Assembly: GCA_963702545.1 (NCBI GenBank)
Contig: CAVPDB010000006.1
Location: 187,594-251,593 of the forward strand
DNA length: 64,000 nt
Direction of reading: 5' to 3'
From: an uncultured Acidobacteriota bacterium
GTDB lineage: Bacteria; Acidobacteriota; Polarisedimenticolia; J045
Shown here one piece after another: positions 8,830 through 19,645 of the stretch (position 1 is its first letter; every line of letters starts with the position of its first letter). The position numbers and the translations under genes are program-made. The notes under the pieces are model-generated. The model was not told the DNA's origin. It made no database searches and saw nothing but the letters and a program-made list of their open reading frames with translations.

Positions 8830-11800
8830 TCAGGCCCGCGCGGGCGCCGCCGGGCGCCGGATCAGCATCAGCGTGCGGTCGTCGGACTGGGGGACGCCGG
8901 CCGAGTGCGCCTCGACGGCACGCAGCACGGCCGCGGCCGCCGCCGCGAGCGGCAACCCGGCCGTCGCCGCGAGCAGCCGACCGAGCCGTTCGGGATCCTC
9001 GTCGAAGCAGGTGCCGCCCGCGTCGAGCGCCTCGGTGATGCCGTCGGTGTAGAGCAGCAGCGTGTCGCCCGGCGCGAGCTGCGCGGCCCCGGTCTCGAAC
9101 TGCGCCTCCGGGAACTTGCCGAGGAACATCGAGGCCGGCGCGTGGAGGAAGCGCACGCGCCCGTCGGCCTCGACGATCGCGGGCGGGTTGTGGCCCGCCA
9201 GGACGTACTCCAGCCGTCCCGTCGCCAGGTCCAGCATCCCCAGGAAGGCGGTGATGAAACCGTTGGGCGGGAGCTCCCCGACCAGGGTGCCGTTGACGAC
9301 CGAGGCGACCTGGCCGACCGGCCGGCCGGCGATCGCCGCGCCCTTGACCAGGACCCGGCAGAGCGACATCTGCAGCGCCGCCGGAACCCCTTTGCCCGAG
9401 ACGTCGCCGATCGCGAACGCGAGGCGGTCCGGCGCAACCAGGTAGAAGTCGTAGAAGTCGCCACCGACGTGGCGGGCCGGGATCATCTGCGCGAAAACGT
9501 CGACGTCGGCGCGGTCCGCGAAGGGCGGGAACTCGCTCGGCAGCAGCGAGCACTGGATGCGCGCCGCAACGTCGAGTTCGCTCTCCAGGAGGCGCAGCCG
9601 CGCCCGCTCCTCGTGCCGCGCCAGCCAGGCCCGCGTGCCGATCAGCACGGCACCGAGGACCAGGCCGGCCAGGAGGACCCGGAACCACCAGGTCTTGTAG
9701 AAGGGCGGCTGGACCACGACCGCGAGCGTCGTCCCCTCGTCGTTCCAGACGCCGTCGTTGTTGCTGGCGCGGACCTGGAACGCGTAGCTCCCCGGCTGCA
9801 GGTTGGTGTAGGTCGCAAAGCGCCGGTCGGCCGGCACCACGATCCAGTCCGGATCGAAGCCGACCATCCGGTAGGCGTAGCGGTTGCGAGCGGGAGCCGC
9901 GAAGTCGAGCGCCGCGAACTCGAAGGCGATGTAGTAGTCGTCCGGACCGACCTCGACCTGGCGCGTCTCCGGGATCGCGAGCGGCGTCTCCGCCTCGCGG
10001 TTGAGCTTGAGAAAGCGCGTGATCACGACCGGGGGCGGGCGCGGGTTGTCGAGGATGGCGCCCGGCAGGAAGGTCGTGAACCCCTTGATCCCGCCGAAGT
10101 ACATCCGCCCGCTCGGCCCGCGGTGGAAGGCGTTGCCGTTGAACTCGTTGCTCTGCAGCCCGTCCGACTCCGAGTAGTTGTGGAACGAGCGCCGCTCCGG
10201 GTCGAAGCGCGAGAGCCCGGCGTTGGTGCTCATCCAGAGCCGGCCGGCGTCGTCCTCGAGGATCCCGTAGATGTTGTCGCTCGGCAGGCCGTCGGCGGTG
10301 GTCAGGACCTCGGCCGCCCCGTCGCGCGGGTCGAAGCGGTTGAGCCCGCCGCCCCAGGTCCCGACCCACAAGGTCCCGCGGCTGTCCTCGTACAGGGAGA
10401 AGATGAAGTGGCTGCTCAGCGAGGGAGTTCCCGCGGCCGGCAGGAAGCGCCGGAAGGTGCCGCGCTCGCGGTCGAGCAGGTTGAGCCCCCCGCCGTGGGT
10501 CGCGACCCAGACCCGGCCCTGGCGATCCTGCAGCAGCGCGCGCACGACGTCGTTGCCGAGGCTCTCGCGGTTCGTCTCGTCGTGGCGGTAGTGTGCGAAA
10601 GTGTCGGCGCCGGGGTCGAGCCGGTCGAGTCCGCCGCCGAAGGTCCCGATCCAGAGCGCGCCGTCGCGGTCCTCCATCAGCGCGCGGATCTGGTCGTGCG
10701 CGAGGCTGCCGGGGTCGGCGGGGTCGTGGCGGTAGCTCACGAAGGTCCCGGTGCGGGGGTCGAAGCGGTCGAGCCCGCCGCCGTCGGTGCCGATCCAGTA
10801 GTGCCCGGTGCGGCTGGGGCAGATCACCCGCACGCGGTCGTCGCTGAGGCTGCGCGGATCGCCCGGCCGGGAGCGGAAGTGCGTCCACTTCCCGGTCGCC
10901 GGATCGAGCCGCTCGAGCCCGCCGCCGTGGCTCCCGACCCAGACGCCTCCGTCCGCGGCCTCGAGGAAGGTCCAGACGATCTCGTTCCCCACGCTGTCGG
11001 GGTCGCCCGGCCGCGCCCGGTAGGTGAGAAACGGCTTACGGCCCGGGTCGGCGCGGTTCAGGCCGCCGCCGTAGGTCCCGACCCAGAGCATCCCGCCGGC
11101 GTCCTCGAGGATCGCCCGGATCTCGTCGCGGCTGATGCTTCCCGGGTCGCCCGGGTCGTTCCGGTAGCGGACGAACCCGCCGGTCTCGGGCACGAAGAGT
11201 TGGAGTCCGCCGCCGTTGGTGCCGACCCAGAGCCGGCCGGCGCGGTCCTCGTGGAGCGCGGTCACGTGGTCGTGGCCGAGCGACGCACCCTGCGCGGAAT
11301 CGTGCCGGAAGTGGCGGAAGGTCCCGGCCGCGGGATCTTCCAGGAGGTCGAGGCCGCCGCCGCGCGTGCCGACCCAGAGCCGGCCCTGCCGGTCCTCGAG
11401 CAGCGCGGTCACGCCGTCGTCGGCGAGCGATCCGGCGCGCGCGGGGTCGTGCCGGAAGGTGCGGAACGCGCCCTCGCGCGGGTCGAGACGCGCGAGCCCC
11501 CCGCCCCGCGTCCCGGCCCAGAGGATCCCCGCCCGGTCGATCAGGAGGGAGTCGACGACATCCGCGGGCAGGCTGCGCGGGTCGCCCGGGTCGTGCGTGT
11601 AGTGGGTGAAGGTCCCGCGCCCCGGATCGAAGCGGGAGAGCCCGCCGCCGCCGGTGGCGACCCAGAGCAGCCCCTCGCGGTCCTCGCGGATCGCGCGGAC
11701 CAGGTCGTGGCCCAGGCTGCGGGGGTCACCCGGCTGGTTGCGGTAGACCCGGAACTCGCCGGTCCGGGGATCGTAGCGGTTGAGCCCGCCGTTGAAGGTG

Positions 11801-12123
11801 CCGATCCAGAGGATTCCAGCGCGGTCCTGGGTCAGCGTGGTGACGTGCGCCGTGCTGATCCCGCCCGCCCGGAGCGGGCTGGGCCGGAACACGACGAACT
11901 GGTAGCCGTCGTAGCGGTTCAGGCCGTCCTCCGTCCCGAACCACATGAAGCCGCGCGGATCCTGGAGGATGCACTCGACGATGCTCTGGGACAGCCCCTG
12001 CTCGAGCGAGAGCCGTTCGAAGCGCAGGGGCAACTCGCCGGCCGGGACCGGGGCGGCGAACAGGGCCGCGAGCCCGAGGCCGAGCGCCAGGACCCGTCCG
12101 GGCCGACTGCTCCGCGCGCTCAA
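8830..12123 (-). CDS. Beta-propeller/Y_Y_Y ligand-binding sensor fused to a SpoIIE (PP2C) phosphatase
   Basis: Signal peptide, FERLSLEQGLSQS, about 14 repeats of D.xG.LWVGT.GGGL.RFDP, YAYRMVGFD...YTNLQPGSYAFQVRASNNDGVW, a TM helix, then VGGDFYDF, IGDVSGKGVPAAL, AGHNPP, LYTDGITEA, QSDDRTL. TTG start inferred. Confidence 0.93.
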   Translation of the reverse strand: MSARSSRPGRVLALGLGLAALFAAPVPAGELPLRFERLSLEQGLSQSIVECILQDPRGFMWFGTEDGLNRYDGYQFVVFRPSPLRAGGISTAHVTTLTQDRAGILWIGTFNGGLNRYDPRTGEFRVYRNQPGDPRSLGHDLVRAIREDREGLLWVATGGGGLSRFDPGRGTFTHYTHDPGDPRSLPADVVDSLLIDRAGILWAGTRGGGLARLDPREGAFRTFRHDPARAGSLADDGVTALLEDRQGRLWVGTRGGGLDLLEDPAAGTFRHFRHDSAQGASLGHDHVTALHEDRAGRLWVGTNGGGLQLFVPETGGFVRYRNDPGDPGSISRDEIRAILEDAGGMLWVGTYGGGLNRADPGRKPFLTYRARPGDPDSVGNEIVWTFLEAADGGVWVGSHGGGLERLDPATGKWTHFRSRPGDPRSLSDDRVRVICPSRTGHYWIGTDGGGLDRFDPRTGTFVSYRHDPADPGSLAHDQIRALMEDRDGALWIGTFGGGLDRLDPGADTFAHYRHDETNRESLGNDVVRALLQDRQGRVWVATHGGGLNLLDRERGTFRRFLPAAGTPSLSSHFIFSLYEDSRGTLWVGTWGGGLNRFDPRDGAAEVLTTADGLPSDNIYGILEDDAGRLWMSTNAGLSRFDPERRSFHNYSESDGLQSNEFNGNAFHRGPSGRMYFGGIKGFTTFLPGAILDNPRPPPVVITRFLKLNREAETPLAIPETRQVEVGPDDYYIAFEFAALDFAAPARNRYAYRMVGFDPDWIVVPADRRFATYTNLQPGSYAFQVRASNNDGVWNDEGTTLAVVVQPPFYKTWWFRVLLAGLVLGAVLIGTRAWLARHEERARLRLLESELDVAARIQCSLLPSEFPPFADRADVDVFAQMIPARHVGGDFYDFYLVAPDRLAFAIGDVSGKGVPAALQMSLCRVLVKGAAIAGRPVGQVASVVNGTLVGELPPNGFITAFLGMLDLATGRLEYVLAGHNPPAIVEADGRVRFLHAPASMFLGKFPEAQFETGAAQLAPGDTLLLYTDGITEALDAGGTCFDEDPERLGRLLAATAGLPLAAAAAAVLRAVEAHSAGVPQSDDRTLMLIRRPAAPARA

Positions 12124-12312
12124 GTGTCCACCGCCCCCTCCGCGCCTTACCGGATGATAACGCGGGGGCCGGCTCCGGCGTGGCAGCCGCGCTGCGGATG
12201 GCCCGCGCGCCCCGAACGCAGGAAGAGGGGTGCCACGGAGCGTGATTCGGGAGATATTTTCGCTTCGCCGCGGGCGGGCGCGGATGGCGCCGCCCGGGAG
12301 GAGGAGATTCGG

Positions 12313-13498
12313 ATGCGGATGGACAGGATCCTCGTACTGCTCGCCGCCATGGCCGCCACGGGAGCCGCGCTCGCCGGGAACGGCCCGGTCCTGCGCAGCG
12401 CCCAGCCGGTCGCGGGGAGCTACATCGTGGTGCTCGAGCCGCTCGGCGCTGAAGGGCACGTTCGGCAGCGCGGCCCTGCTGCCCACCGTGGACCAGCTCG
12501 CGCGCGAGCTGGCCTTCGCCTATGGCGGAACGGTCGGCTTCGTCTACCACGCCGCACTCGACGGCTTCTCGATCAACCTGAACGCCGAGGCCGCGGAGCG
12601 GCTGGCGCGCGACGAGCGGGTGCGGTACGTCGAGGAGGACGGGATCTTCACCGCGGACGCGACGCAGCCCAACCCGACCTGGGGCCTGGATCGCGATCGA
12701 CCAGCGCGCGCTGCCGCCGAGCGGCGACTACACCTACTCCGTGAACGGCACCGGCGTCCACGCCTACATCCTGGACACCGGAATCCGCTCCACCCACGTC
12801 GACTTCGGCGGCCGCGTGCGCGCGGGCTACAGCTCGATCAACGACGGCCGCGGCACCAGCGACTGCAACGGCCACGGCACGCACACCGCGGGCACCGTCG
12901 GCAGCAAGCCTTACGGCGCGGCGAAGAAGGTCAACCTGTACCCGGTCCGCGTGCTGAACTGCTTCGGCTCGGGAACGACCTCGGGCGTGATCGCGGGCGT
13001 CGACTGGGTGACCTCCAACCACCGCAAGCCGGCGGTCGCCAACATGAGCCTGGGGGGCAGCGCCTCGACCTCGCTCGACGACGCGGTGACGCGCTCGATC
13101 GCGGCCGGCGTGACTTACGCCATCGCGGCCGGGCAACAGCAGCGCCGACGCCTGCTTCACCTCGCCGGCGCGCGTCCCGACCGCGTTGACGGTCGGCGCC
13201 ACGAACTCGGGCGACAGCCGCGCCGGGTTCTCCAACTACGGTGGCTGCCTCGACCTGTTCGCCCCGGGCGAGGGGGTCAAGTCGACCTACTACAGCTCCG
13301 ACACCGCCACGCAGCACGATGAGCGGCACCTCGATGGCCGCGCCGCACGTCGCGGGCGTGGCCGCGCTCTACCTGCAGCACAATCCCGGCGCGACGCCGG
13401 CCCAGGTCGCGGCGGCGCTGACCGGGAACGCGACGGCGGGCACGGTGGCGGACGCGGGCTCGGGATCGCCGGACCTGCTGCTGTTCACGGACTACTAG
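12313..13498 (+). CDS. Secreted S8 subtilase, aqualysin/proteinase K-like, with I9 propeptide (about 4 frameshifts)
   Basis: Signal peptide [39 protein letters not shown] (Asp), [10 protein letters not shown] (His), [26 protein letters not shown] (Ser), split across frames near 12445, 12695, 13132 and 13315. Confidence 0.88.
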
Positions 13499-13599
13499 GT
13501 CCTGGTCTCGGGATCGCCGGATCGGCCGGCGGCGGGGCGGAAGCGCTCCGCCGCCGGCAAGCTCGTTGCGGGCCGGGTGTTCTACGGGGCGGATGGGCT

Positions 13600-16066
13600 G
13601 CTCCTCAGCCGATTGCTCTGCTCGGCCGGACGGCACCTGGCTGGCCTGCCGCAATCCGGCGCACTGCGGGATAAGTACTTGCACATGGCGCGATGGATCT
13701 GTCCGCGGCACGCCTCGCACGGGCGTCATCCTCGGGTGAGGCCTAGCTTCATCAGGCAACTGTACGCGCCCGGTGGAAGCACCGATCCCTGTAATAGGCT
13801 CCCTCCCACAGCCCTGGGCGGCTAGCGAGTGCTCGGGCACACTTCAGCGGTCTCCGAGGGACTCCAGACGCAGCTATCGACCCAGGGTCCGGCCGTCCCG
13901 GTGCAGCTCGTCGATTCCCGCCTTCGGGCAGCACATGTCCAGGGTGGCCTGCCAGGGGATCGGCGGCGCCAGCTTGATCGTGGCCGTGTCGAGTCCCAGG
14001 TCCTTGCACGTCTCGTAGTCGGACGTCGCGATCGGCGGGGAGACATCGCTCCGTCTCGTCTGGGCGTTGGCATCGGTCTCCAGACGTTCCGGTCGGCGTG
14101 GAACGACGCCTCGCGGTCGTCCCGTGACCGCGACGTACTCGTCGTAGAGGCCGAACAGGTGGCCGAACTCGTGCTCCAGCAGGGCCGCGGCCCAGGGGCC
14201 CGCCAGCGAATAGCCGTCCTCCCCGGGCCGGGCGAGGATCCGATCACCGTCAGGCCGACCCCGCCGAGAGGGCGTCTTCCAGCCCCCCTCCCACGAGGTC
14301 GCTGCAGGTTCGCGACGACGACCACGGCCTTGATGTTGGGCGCGCAGAATTGCAGTTCCAGCACGTCTGGCTCGATCTGTCGGCGTCGAGCCAGATGAGG
14401 TTGCAGTTCCCGGGCTCCTCCTGGCTTCCGGAGTGCCAGCAGCGCCGCGCCACCAGGTCGACCGTCCGGCGTGTGCTCCGAGTCCTCCTTGGGTGGAGCA
14501 GCGGTGTCCCAGCGCGACCGATCCGTCGGTTTCGGCTGCGGCGAGCGGCGGTCTCGGTGGCGAGCGGCGTCTGCTGGTGCATCTGTCGGAGCACGTCGAC
14601 ATCCACATCGTTCTGCTCACGAGGTCCATCCGGTAGACGTTGATCCAACCGCGGTAGGGTGCGAACGACTCGCGCTCGAGGACTTGCGAGGCCAGTTCCT
14701 GAACGACCTCCGGAACGCGGGCAGCTCGCTCTCCTCGAACCCGGCCCCGAGGAAGAGGATGTTGTACGTGTCTCACGGGTCCTGGCCTCCGCCGAGCCTG
14801 GTAGACGGTCGGGCAGAGACGGCTGCTGGGCTGCGCCGGCGGCCAGGACGAGCAGCGCTAGCGGCCAGTCCCGCCCGGGCGCTCATGGAGATCACCGCTC
14901 GGCCGAGCCGCGGCAACTGCCAGGGCCGCAGCTTCTGCTCCAGCGTCGTACGACCAGCGAACCTGCAGTCACCTTGCCGTCACGGGTATCGAACACCGCG
15001 ACGTAGTCGTCCCGACGAAGGGGATCCGCCCGGCGAAGACCACCGCATCGGGCTTCTGCGAGGACGGCGCTCAGCTCCCCGTCCACGGCGCCTCTCCCCG
15101 AGCACCGCGCTCGCGCTCCCAGACGAGCCAGGTAGCGCGGTTGATCGTCTCCCGGTGAAGGTGCCCACGTAGTAGCCGGGCTCCCGCAGCGCGTCCGAGG
15201 GATGCTCGGGCCGATCCGCCGCCGGGTGGCAGGACGCCGTCTGGAACGGGCCGAAGCCTGGCGGATCCGGGTCCGCACTCCTCGGGTCCGACATAGACCA
15301 GCCCGAGGACGGGCACGTCCCCGTCCAGCGGGGCGTAGTCCTCGATGGAGCGCGGTCTCGATCGTCAGCGCCAGCTTGGCGTTGGCGAAGCGTCTCGCCT
15401 CGAGATCTTGGGGCAGTGCTCGTCAGCGGATACCGTCGCCAGGAGCAACAGCGCAAAGCACGAACGGCCGCACATGGTCGCTACGTCCGCCACCAGGACC
15501 CGGAACTTGACTTCCGAGCAGTCGACGTTCGCTCCCGTCCTCATCGTCACGGCCGAAAGCTCGAGGAACTGCTGCCGGGACGCTTCCCGGGACGTCGGGC
15601 TGGAGGGCCGGAGCGCGATCGTGCGGGGCGGGTGTCGCCTGCTTCTCTTCCAGCGTCCACCAGAGCGTCTTCTGTGTCGTCTTCTCGATCACCAGACGGT
15701 AGACCTACCGTTCTCGTCGGTGATGCTGACGCTGTCGACCGGGCTCCAGTTTCCCGTCGTCCTGTTCTTGCATTCCAGGTAGTTCACGGATTGGCCGATG
15801 AAGTCGTCGCGCAGCAGGCCGGCCGTGGGCGGACCCGCCGTCTGTGCGATCCCGTTCACCTCGAAGGAGATGCCCGCCCCTCCGCTGCCGCCCTTGATCA
15901 CGACGATCGGCCCCGGAGCCGGGTTCGGGGGTCCGGATCAGGGCAGGGCGGGCGTTCCGGCGTCGCGGGCGTCGTCGTCGGCACGGGTTGCGTCTTCTCG
16001 CCCGCCAGTCCCGCGCGTGATGGTCACCAACAACAGAATCTGCACGAGCACGACTGCGAGCTTCAT
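13600..16066 (-). pseudogene. Heavily frameshifted gene for a secreted M64-family (IgA peptidase-like) metalloprotease; 3' end approximate
   Basis: ATG 16066 with RBS and signal-like MKLAVVLVQILLLVT. Colinear fragments in changing frames: YNILFLG / GFEESELPAF, ESFAPYRGWINVYRMD, HEFGHLFGLYDEY, GLWEGAYY, YSCLMK, PCEACRGQI. Confidence 0.65.
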
Positions 16067-19000
16067 GGACCCCTCCCCTGGTTTTCGGCAGCGGCCGAAC
16101 CGCCCCCCAGCGCGGCCCGCATCCGCTGCAGATCGACTCGCGCGGCGACGCGCTCCCGACTCTCGGGCGGCGCCCCCGCCTCGTATGCGTCGAGCGCGGC
16201 CAGGCCTCGTTGGCGCCAGACCGCGCGTTCCGACTCGTTCCCTGCCCCCTCGGCCACCAGCACCGCCGCAGCGCGCGCCGTGGCCAGTCGCAGCTCCATC
16301 CGCTCCGCCTCGGTGAACGATTCCCGGGCCGCGGCCGCTGCGGCGGCGTGGTCCCCCAGAGCCGCCAGGACCTCGGCCCGCAGCGCGACGGTGTCGACTC
16401 GATCCGGTCGCGGGGCCCCTTTCAGGGCGAGCGCGGCATCGCAGGCCTGGCGGGCCTCACCCTTGCGCCCCCGCCGCAGCGCGGCCTCCGCTTCCAGCTC
16501 CAGCGCCAGGATGCGCAGCGTGGCCACGCTTCCGCCCGGCATCGACTGCACCCGGCGGGCCGCGCGTCGGGCATCGTCCCACCGGCCGGCGTAGGCGGAC
16601 GCGATTCCGCGCGCCAGCTCGACTCGCGCCTCGAGGTCGGCCAGCCCGCGCGCCTTGCGCGCCGCGCGGTGAGCCGCGTCGATCTCGTCCTGCGCCTCGC
16701 CGTCGCGGCCCAGCGCGGCCAGGAGCTGCGCGCGGCGCAGGCTCGCGTAGGCGACATAGGCGGGCAGCGCGCGCGCCTCGAACACCGCCGCGGCGCGCGT
16801 GGCGCTGTCGAGGGCGTCGGCGAGTCGTCCCTGCCGCTCGAAGATCTCGGCCAGCCCGGCCCAGCCCCACCCGGCGGCCTGCGAGGCCTTCTCCGGCGGC
16901 GCATCGCCCGTCACCTCGCGGTAGAGCTGGATGGCGGCCTCGATCTCTCCCGCCTGATAGCGGAGATCGGCCAGCATCGCCGCACTCGTCACCGCCATGT
17001 CGGGCCGATCCAGCTTGCGCGCCAGGTCGAGCGCCTCCGCCAGCATCGGTTCGGCATCGGCCGTGCGCCCGGTGTACTGGAACAGGCTGCCGAGGTTGAC
17101 GAGCGGATCGAGCATCAGCGGCTCGTCTTGCAGTTGCCGCGCCAGGTCGAGCGACTCGCGCATCAGCCGCTCCGCCTGGCCGAAGTCGCTCTGCAGGTAG
17201 GCCTGCACGCCGCGGCGCAGCAGCACCTCGTTCAGCAAGGCCAGGTGGCCGGTCTCACGCGCCGTCGCCTCGGCCTTCTGCAGCGCGCGGTCGGCCTCGC
17301 GCGGCCGGCCCAGCCGCAGCTCGTTGGCCGCAAACTCCATCTCCGCGCGGGTCGCGCCGACCGTGCGCCCGGCCCGCTCGAACTGATCCGCGGCCGACGC
17401 GAAGGCCGGCCCGGCCGCGCCGAAGTTGGCCGACATCACGGCCACCTGACCCCGCGTGAAGGTCGTCGCGGCCAGCCCCTCGGCGCTGTCGAGCTGCCCG
17501 TAGAGCCGCTCTGCCGCGTCCAGCTCGGCGGCCGCGCGGAGAGGCTGATCGGCGAGGATCAGCGTCTCGGCCCGCGCCAGGTGCAGCGAGGGATCGGCCG
17601 GCTCGCGCTCGATCGCGCGCTGCAGCGTGGCGAGACTCTCCGGGAGCCGTCCGGCGTCGGCCAGCGCTCCGGCGTGCAGGCGCAGCAGGCCCGCTTCGTC
17701 GGGGAAGCGCTCGACCAGCGTGGCCGTCGCGTCGACGGCCACGCTGGTGCGGCCGAAGGTCCGGGCCCAGATCGCCTTCAGCGTCAGCGCCTGCCGCTCG
17801 CCCTCGGGCGTGTCGGCGCGGGGCGCCAGGTCCAGCGCCCGGGTGGCCGCGTCGCGCGCCTTGGCGCCGTAGCCCGCCTCGTCGAAGGCCTCGGCGAGCC
17901 GCCCGTAGGCCATCGCGAAACCGGCATCCGCCTGGACCGCCGCCTCGAGCCGCGCGATCGCCTCGTTGAGCTTGCCGTCGCGCATCGCCGCCTGGCCTCG
18001 CTCGAACAGCAGCCGGGCCTCTTCCGAGTCGGAGGTCAGGCCGGCCAGATCGACCCGGTCGTCGCGCCAGGCGGTCAGGCGGCCGACGCCGGGGAGCATC
18101 GCCCGGAGCTGAGACGAGAGCCGCTCCGCCAGCTCCAGCGCATCGCCCGCTTCGGCGCGCACCGGCGCCAACTCCGCCCGGCCCTGTGCCGGCACGGGCT
18201 CGAGCGTCGCGACGTAGCGGGCTCCGTCGCGATAGAGCGTGCCCGTGACCAGATAGTCGAGGCCGAGGGTCTGGGCGAAGAGCCGCGCCGAGGCGGGGTC
18301 GAGCCGGATGCGCGACTTGCCGAGAGTGTCCGCGAGTTGGGCCGGCCCGCGCACCCGCGCCAGCCGCGAGGCCGAGAGGTCGGTCGAGATCAGGTCTGCG
18401 ACCATCGTCGCCCGCACCGCTCCGTCGGGCTCTCCGGTGCGGTCCTCCAGGGCCGCGACCGCGATCGCGACCCGCGGCTCGTCCCATCGTGGCGGCGAGC
18501 GCAGCCACTGCCAGCCGGCGGCCGCCCCCGCCAGCGTCGGCACGGTGACGATCGCGAGCACCAGGGCGAGGCGACGGCGGCGTAACGCATCCGCGGCGCC
18601 GCGCGCCCGGGTCCACTCGCCGCGCTGGACCCGCCGCAGGTCCTCCGCCAGTTCCTCCGCGCTGGCGTAGCGCTCCTCGGGGCGCTTTCGCAGCCCGCGC
18701 TCCAGGACCGCGCGCAGACCGGGCGTACTGTCGAATGTGCGCGACGCTTCCCGCTCGGCGGGCGGCTCCGAGAGAATCGCGCTGATCGTCTCGGCCTGCG
18801 TCTCGCGGCGGAACGGGTGCACACCTGTCGTCAGCTCGAAACCGACGACGGCGAGCGAGAACAGGTCGCTGGCGGGCCCGAGTTCCTGGGCTCGCAATTG
18901 CTCGGGAGACATGTACGCAATCGTTCCGACGACCGCGCCGTGATGCGTCAGCGATTCGTCCGCAGTGACGGCGGTCGAGTCCGGCACGGGGGAAACGGAG

Positions 19001-19458
19001 GCCGCTCGCGCCAGGCCGAAGTCGAGCAGCTTCACGTGTCCGCTGCTCGTGACGATGACATTCGTGGGCTTGACGTCGCGGTGGACGAGTCCGTGCTCGT
19101 GTACCGCGCGCAGGGCGTCAGCCAGTTCGGCGCACCACGCGAGGCGCTGGTCGATCCCGACGCTCCCGTCTCTTGCGGCGTCGGCCAGCGACCGGCCCTC
19201 GAGGTACTCCATGACGAGGAAGGTCCTGTCGTCCTGCTCGAGCACGTCGAAGACGGTGGCGACGAAGGGACTGACGATCGATGCCGCGATGCGGGCCTCG
19301 CGCACAAACCGGGCGCGGACGTCGGGGCGGGCGAGCAGGTCGGGATGCACCGCCTTGATCGCGACCGGGCGGTCCAGCCGCGTGTCCCGGGCGAGGAATA
19401 CCTCGCCCATGCCCCCTCTACCCAGCAGGCGCTCGACTTGGTACGGGCCGATCTGCAG
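16063..19458 (-). CDS. Membrane Ser/Thr protein kinase with extracytoplasmic TPR repeats
   Basis: LGRGGMGEVF, VAIK, HRDVKPTN, KLLDFGLA, GTIAYMSPEQ, SDLFSL; TM helix LALVLAIVTVPTLAGAAAGW; long Ala/Leu helical repeats. Start inferred from GGAGG just upstream of the kinase domain. Confidence 0.92.
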   Translation of the reverse strand: MQIGPYQVERLLGRGGMGEVFLARDTRLDRPVAIKAVHPDLLARPDVRARFVREARIAASIVSPFVATVFDVLEQDDRTFLVMEYLEGRSLADAARDGSVGIDQRLAWCAELADALRAVHEHGLVHRDVKPTNVIVTSSGHVKLLDFGLARAASVSPVPDSTAVTADESLTHHGAVVGTIAYMSPEQLRAQELGPASDLFSLAVVGFELTTGVHPFRRETQAETISAILSEPPAEREASRTFDSTPGLRAVLERGLRKRPEERYASAEELAEDLRRVQRGEWTRARGAADALRRRRLALVLAIVTVPTLAGAAAGWQWLRSPPRWDEPRVAIAVAALEDRTGEPDGAVRATMVADLISTDLSASRLARVRGPAQLADTLGKSRIRLDPASARLFAQTLGLDYLVTGTLYRDGARYVATLEPVPAQGRAELAPVRAEAGDALELAERLSSQLRAMLPGVGRLTAWRDDRVDLAGLTSDSEEARLLFERGQAAMRDGKLNEAIARLEAAVQADAGFAMAYGRLAEAFDEAGYGAKARDAATRALDLAPRADTPEGERQALTLKAIWARTFGRTSVAVDATATLVERFPDEAGLLRLHAGALADAGRLPESLATLQRAIEREPADPSLHLARAETLILADQPLRAAAELDAAERLYGQLDSAEGLAATTFTRGQVAVMSANFGAAGPAFASAADQFERAGRTVGATRAEMEFAANELRLGRPREADRALQKAEATARETGHLALLNEVLLRRGVQAYLQSDFGQAERLMRESLDLARQLQDEPLMLDPLVNLGSLFQYTGRTADAEPMLAEALDLARKLDRPDMAVTSAAMLADLRYQAGEIEAAIQLYREVTGDAPPEKASQAAGWGWAGLAEIFERQGRLADALDSATRAAAVFEARALPAYVAYASLRRAQLLAALGRDGEAQDEIDAAHRAARKARGLADLEARVELARGIASAYAGRWDDARRAARRVQSMPGGSVATLRILALELEAEAALRRGRKGEARQACDAALALKGAPRPDRVDTVALRAEVLAALGDHAAAAAAARESFTEAERMELRLATARAAAVLVAEGAGNESERAVWRQRGLAALDAYEAGAPPESRERVAARVDLQRMRAALGGGSAAAENQGRGP

Positions 19459-19616
19459 CGTGGGTCCTCCCCCTGGACGCCTCGACTGCTGGCAGCACTG
19501 CTCCGCGGCCCTCCTATACGCCTGCGGCCGGGACGGATCAAGCCTGGCTCGGCAGCCGGCGGACCCGCGATCCGGTCCGGAGGGGTGGGGCCCGAGGGGT
19601 GCTGGATTCTGAACAG

Positions 19617-19645
19617 TGGACGATTTTGGTTTAATACGGTATAAT
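19617..19645 (+). promoter_or_regulatory. Sigma-70-type promoter for the downstream beta-helix protein
   Basis: TGGACG-N17-TATAAT inside a short, strikingly AT-rich island between divergent genes. Confidence 0.6.

Noticed and set aside
5526-10888. Very long ORFs 5526..8804 and 6719..10888 as single proteins
   Set aside because: Their N-terminal parts are Arg/Pro/Gly-rich off-frame read-throughs of the neighbouring real genes, typical of high-GC DNA; the real starts are 6722 and 8737.
13500-16066. Mobile element or prophage remnant in the ORF-poor, lower-GC stretch
   Set aside because: No transposase or integrase motifs or terminal repeats were seen; the fragments are explained by one broken M64 peptidase gene.
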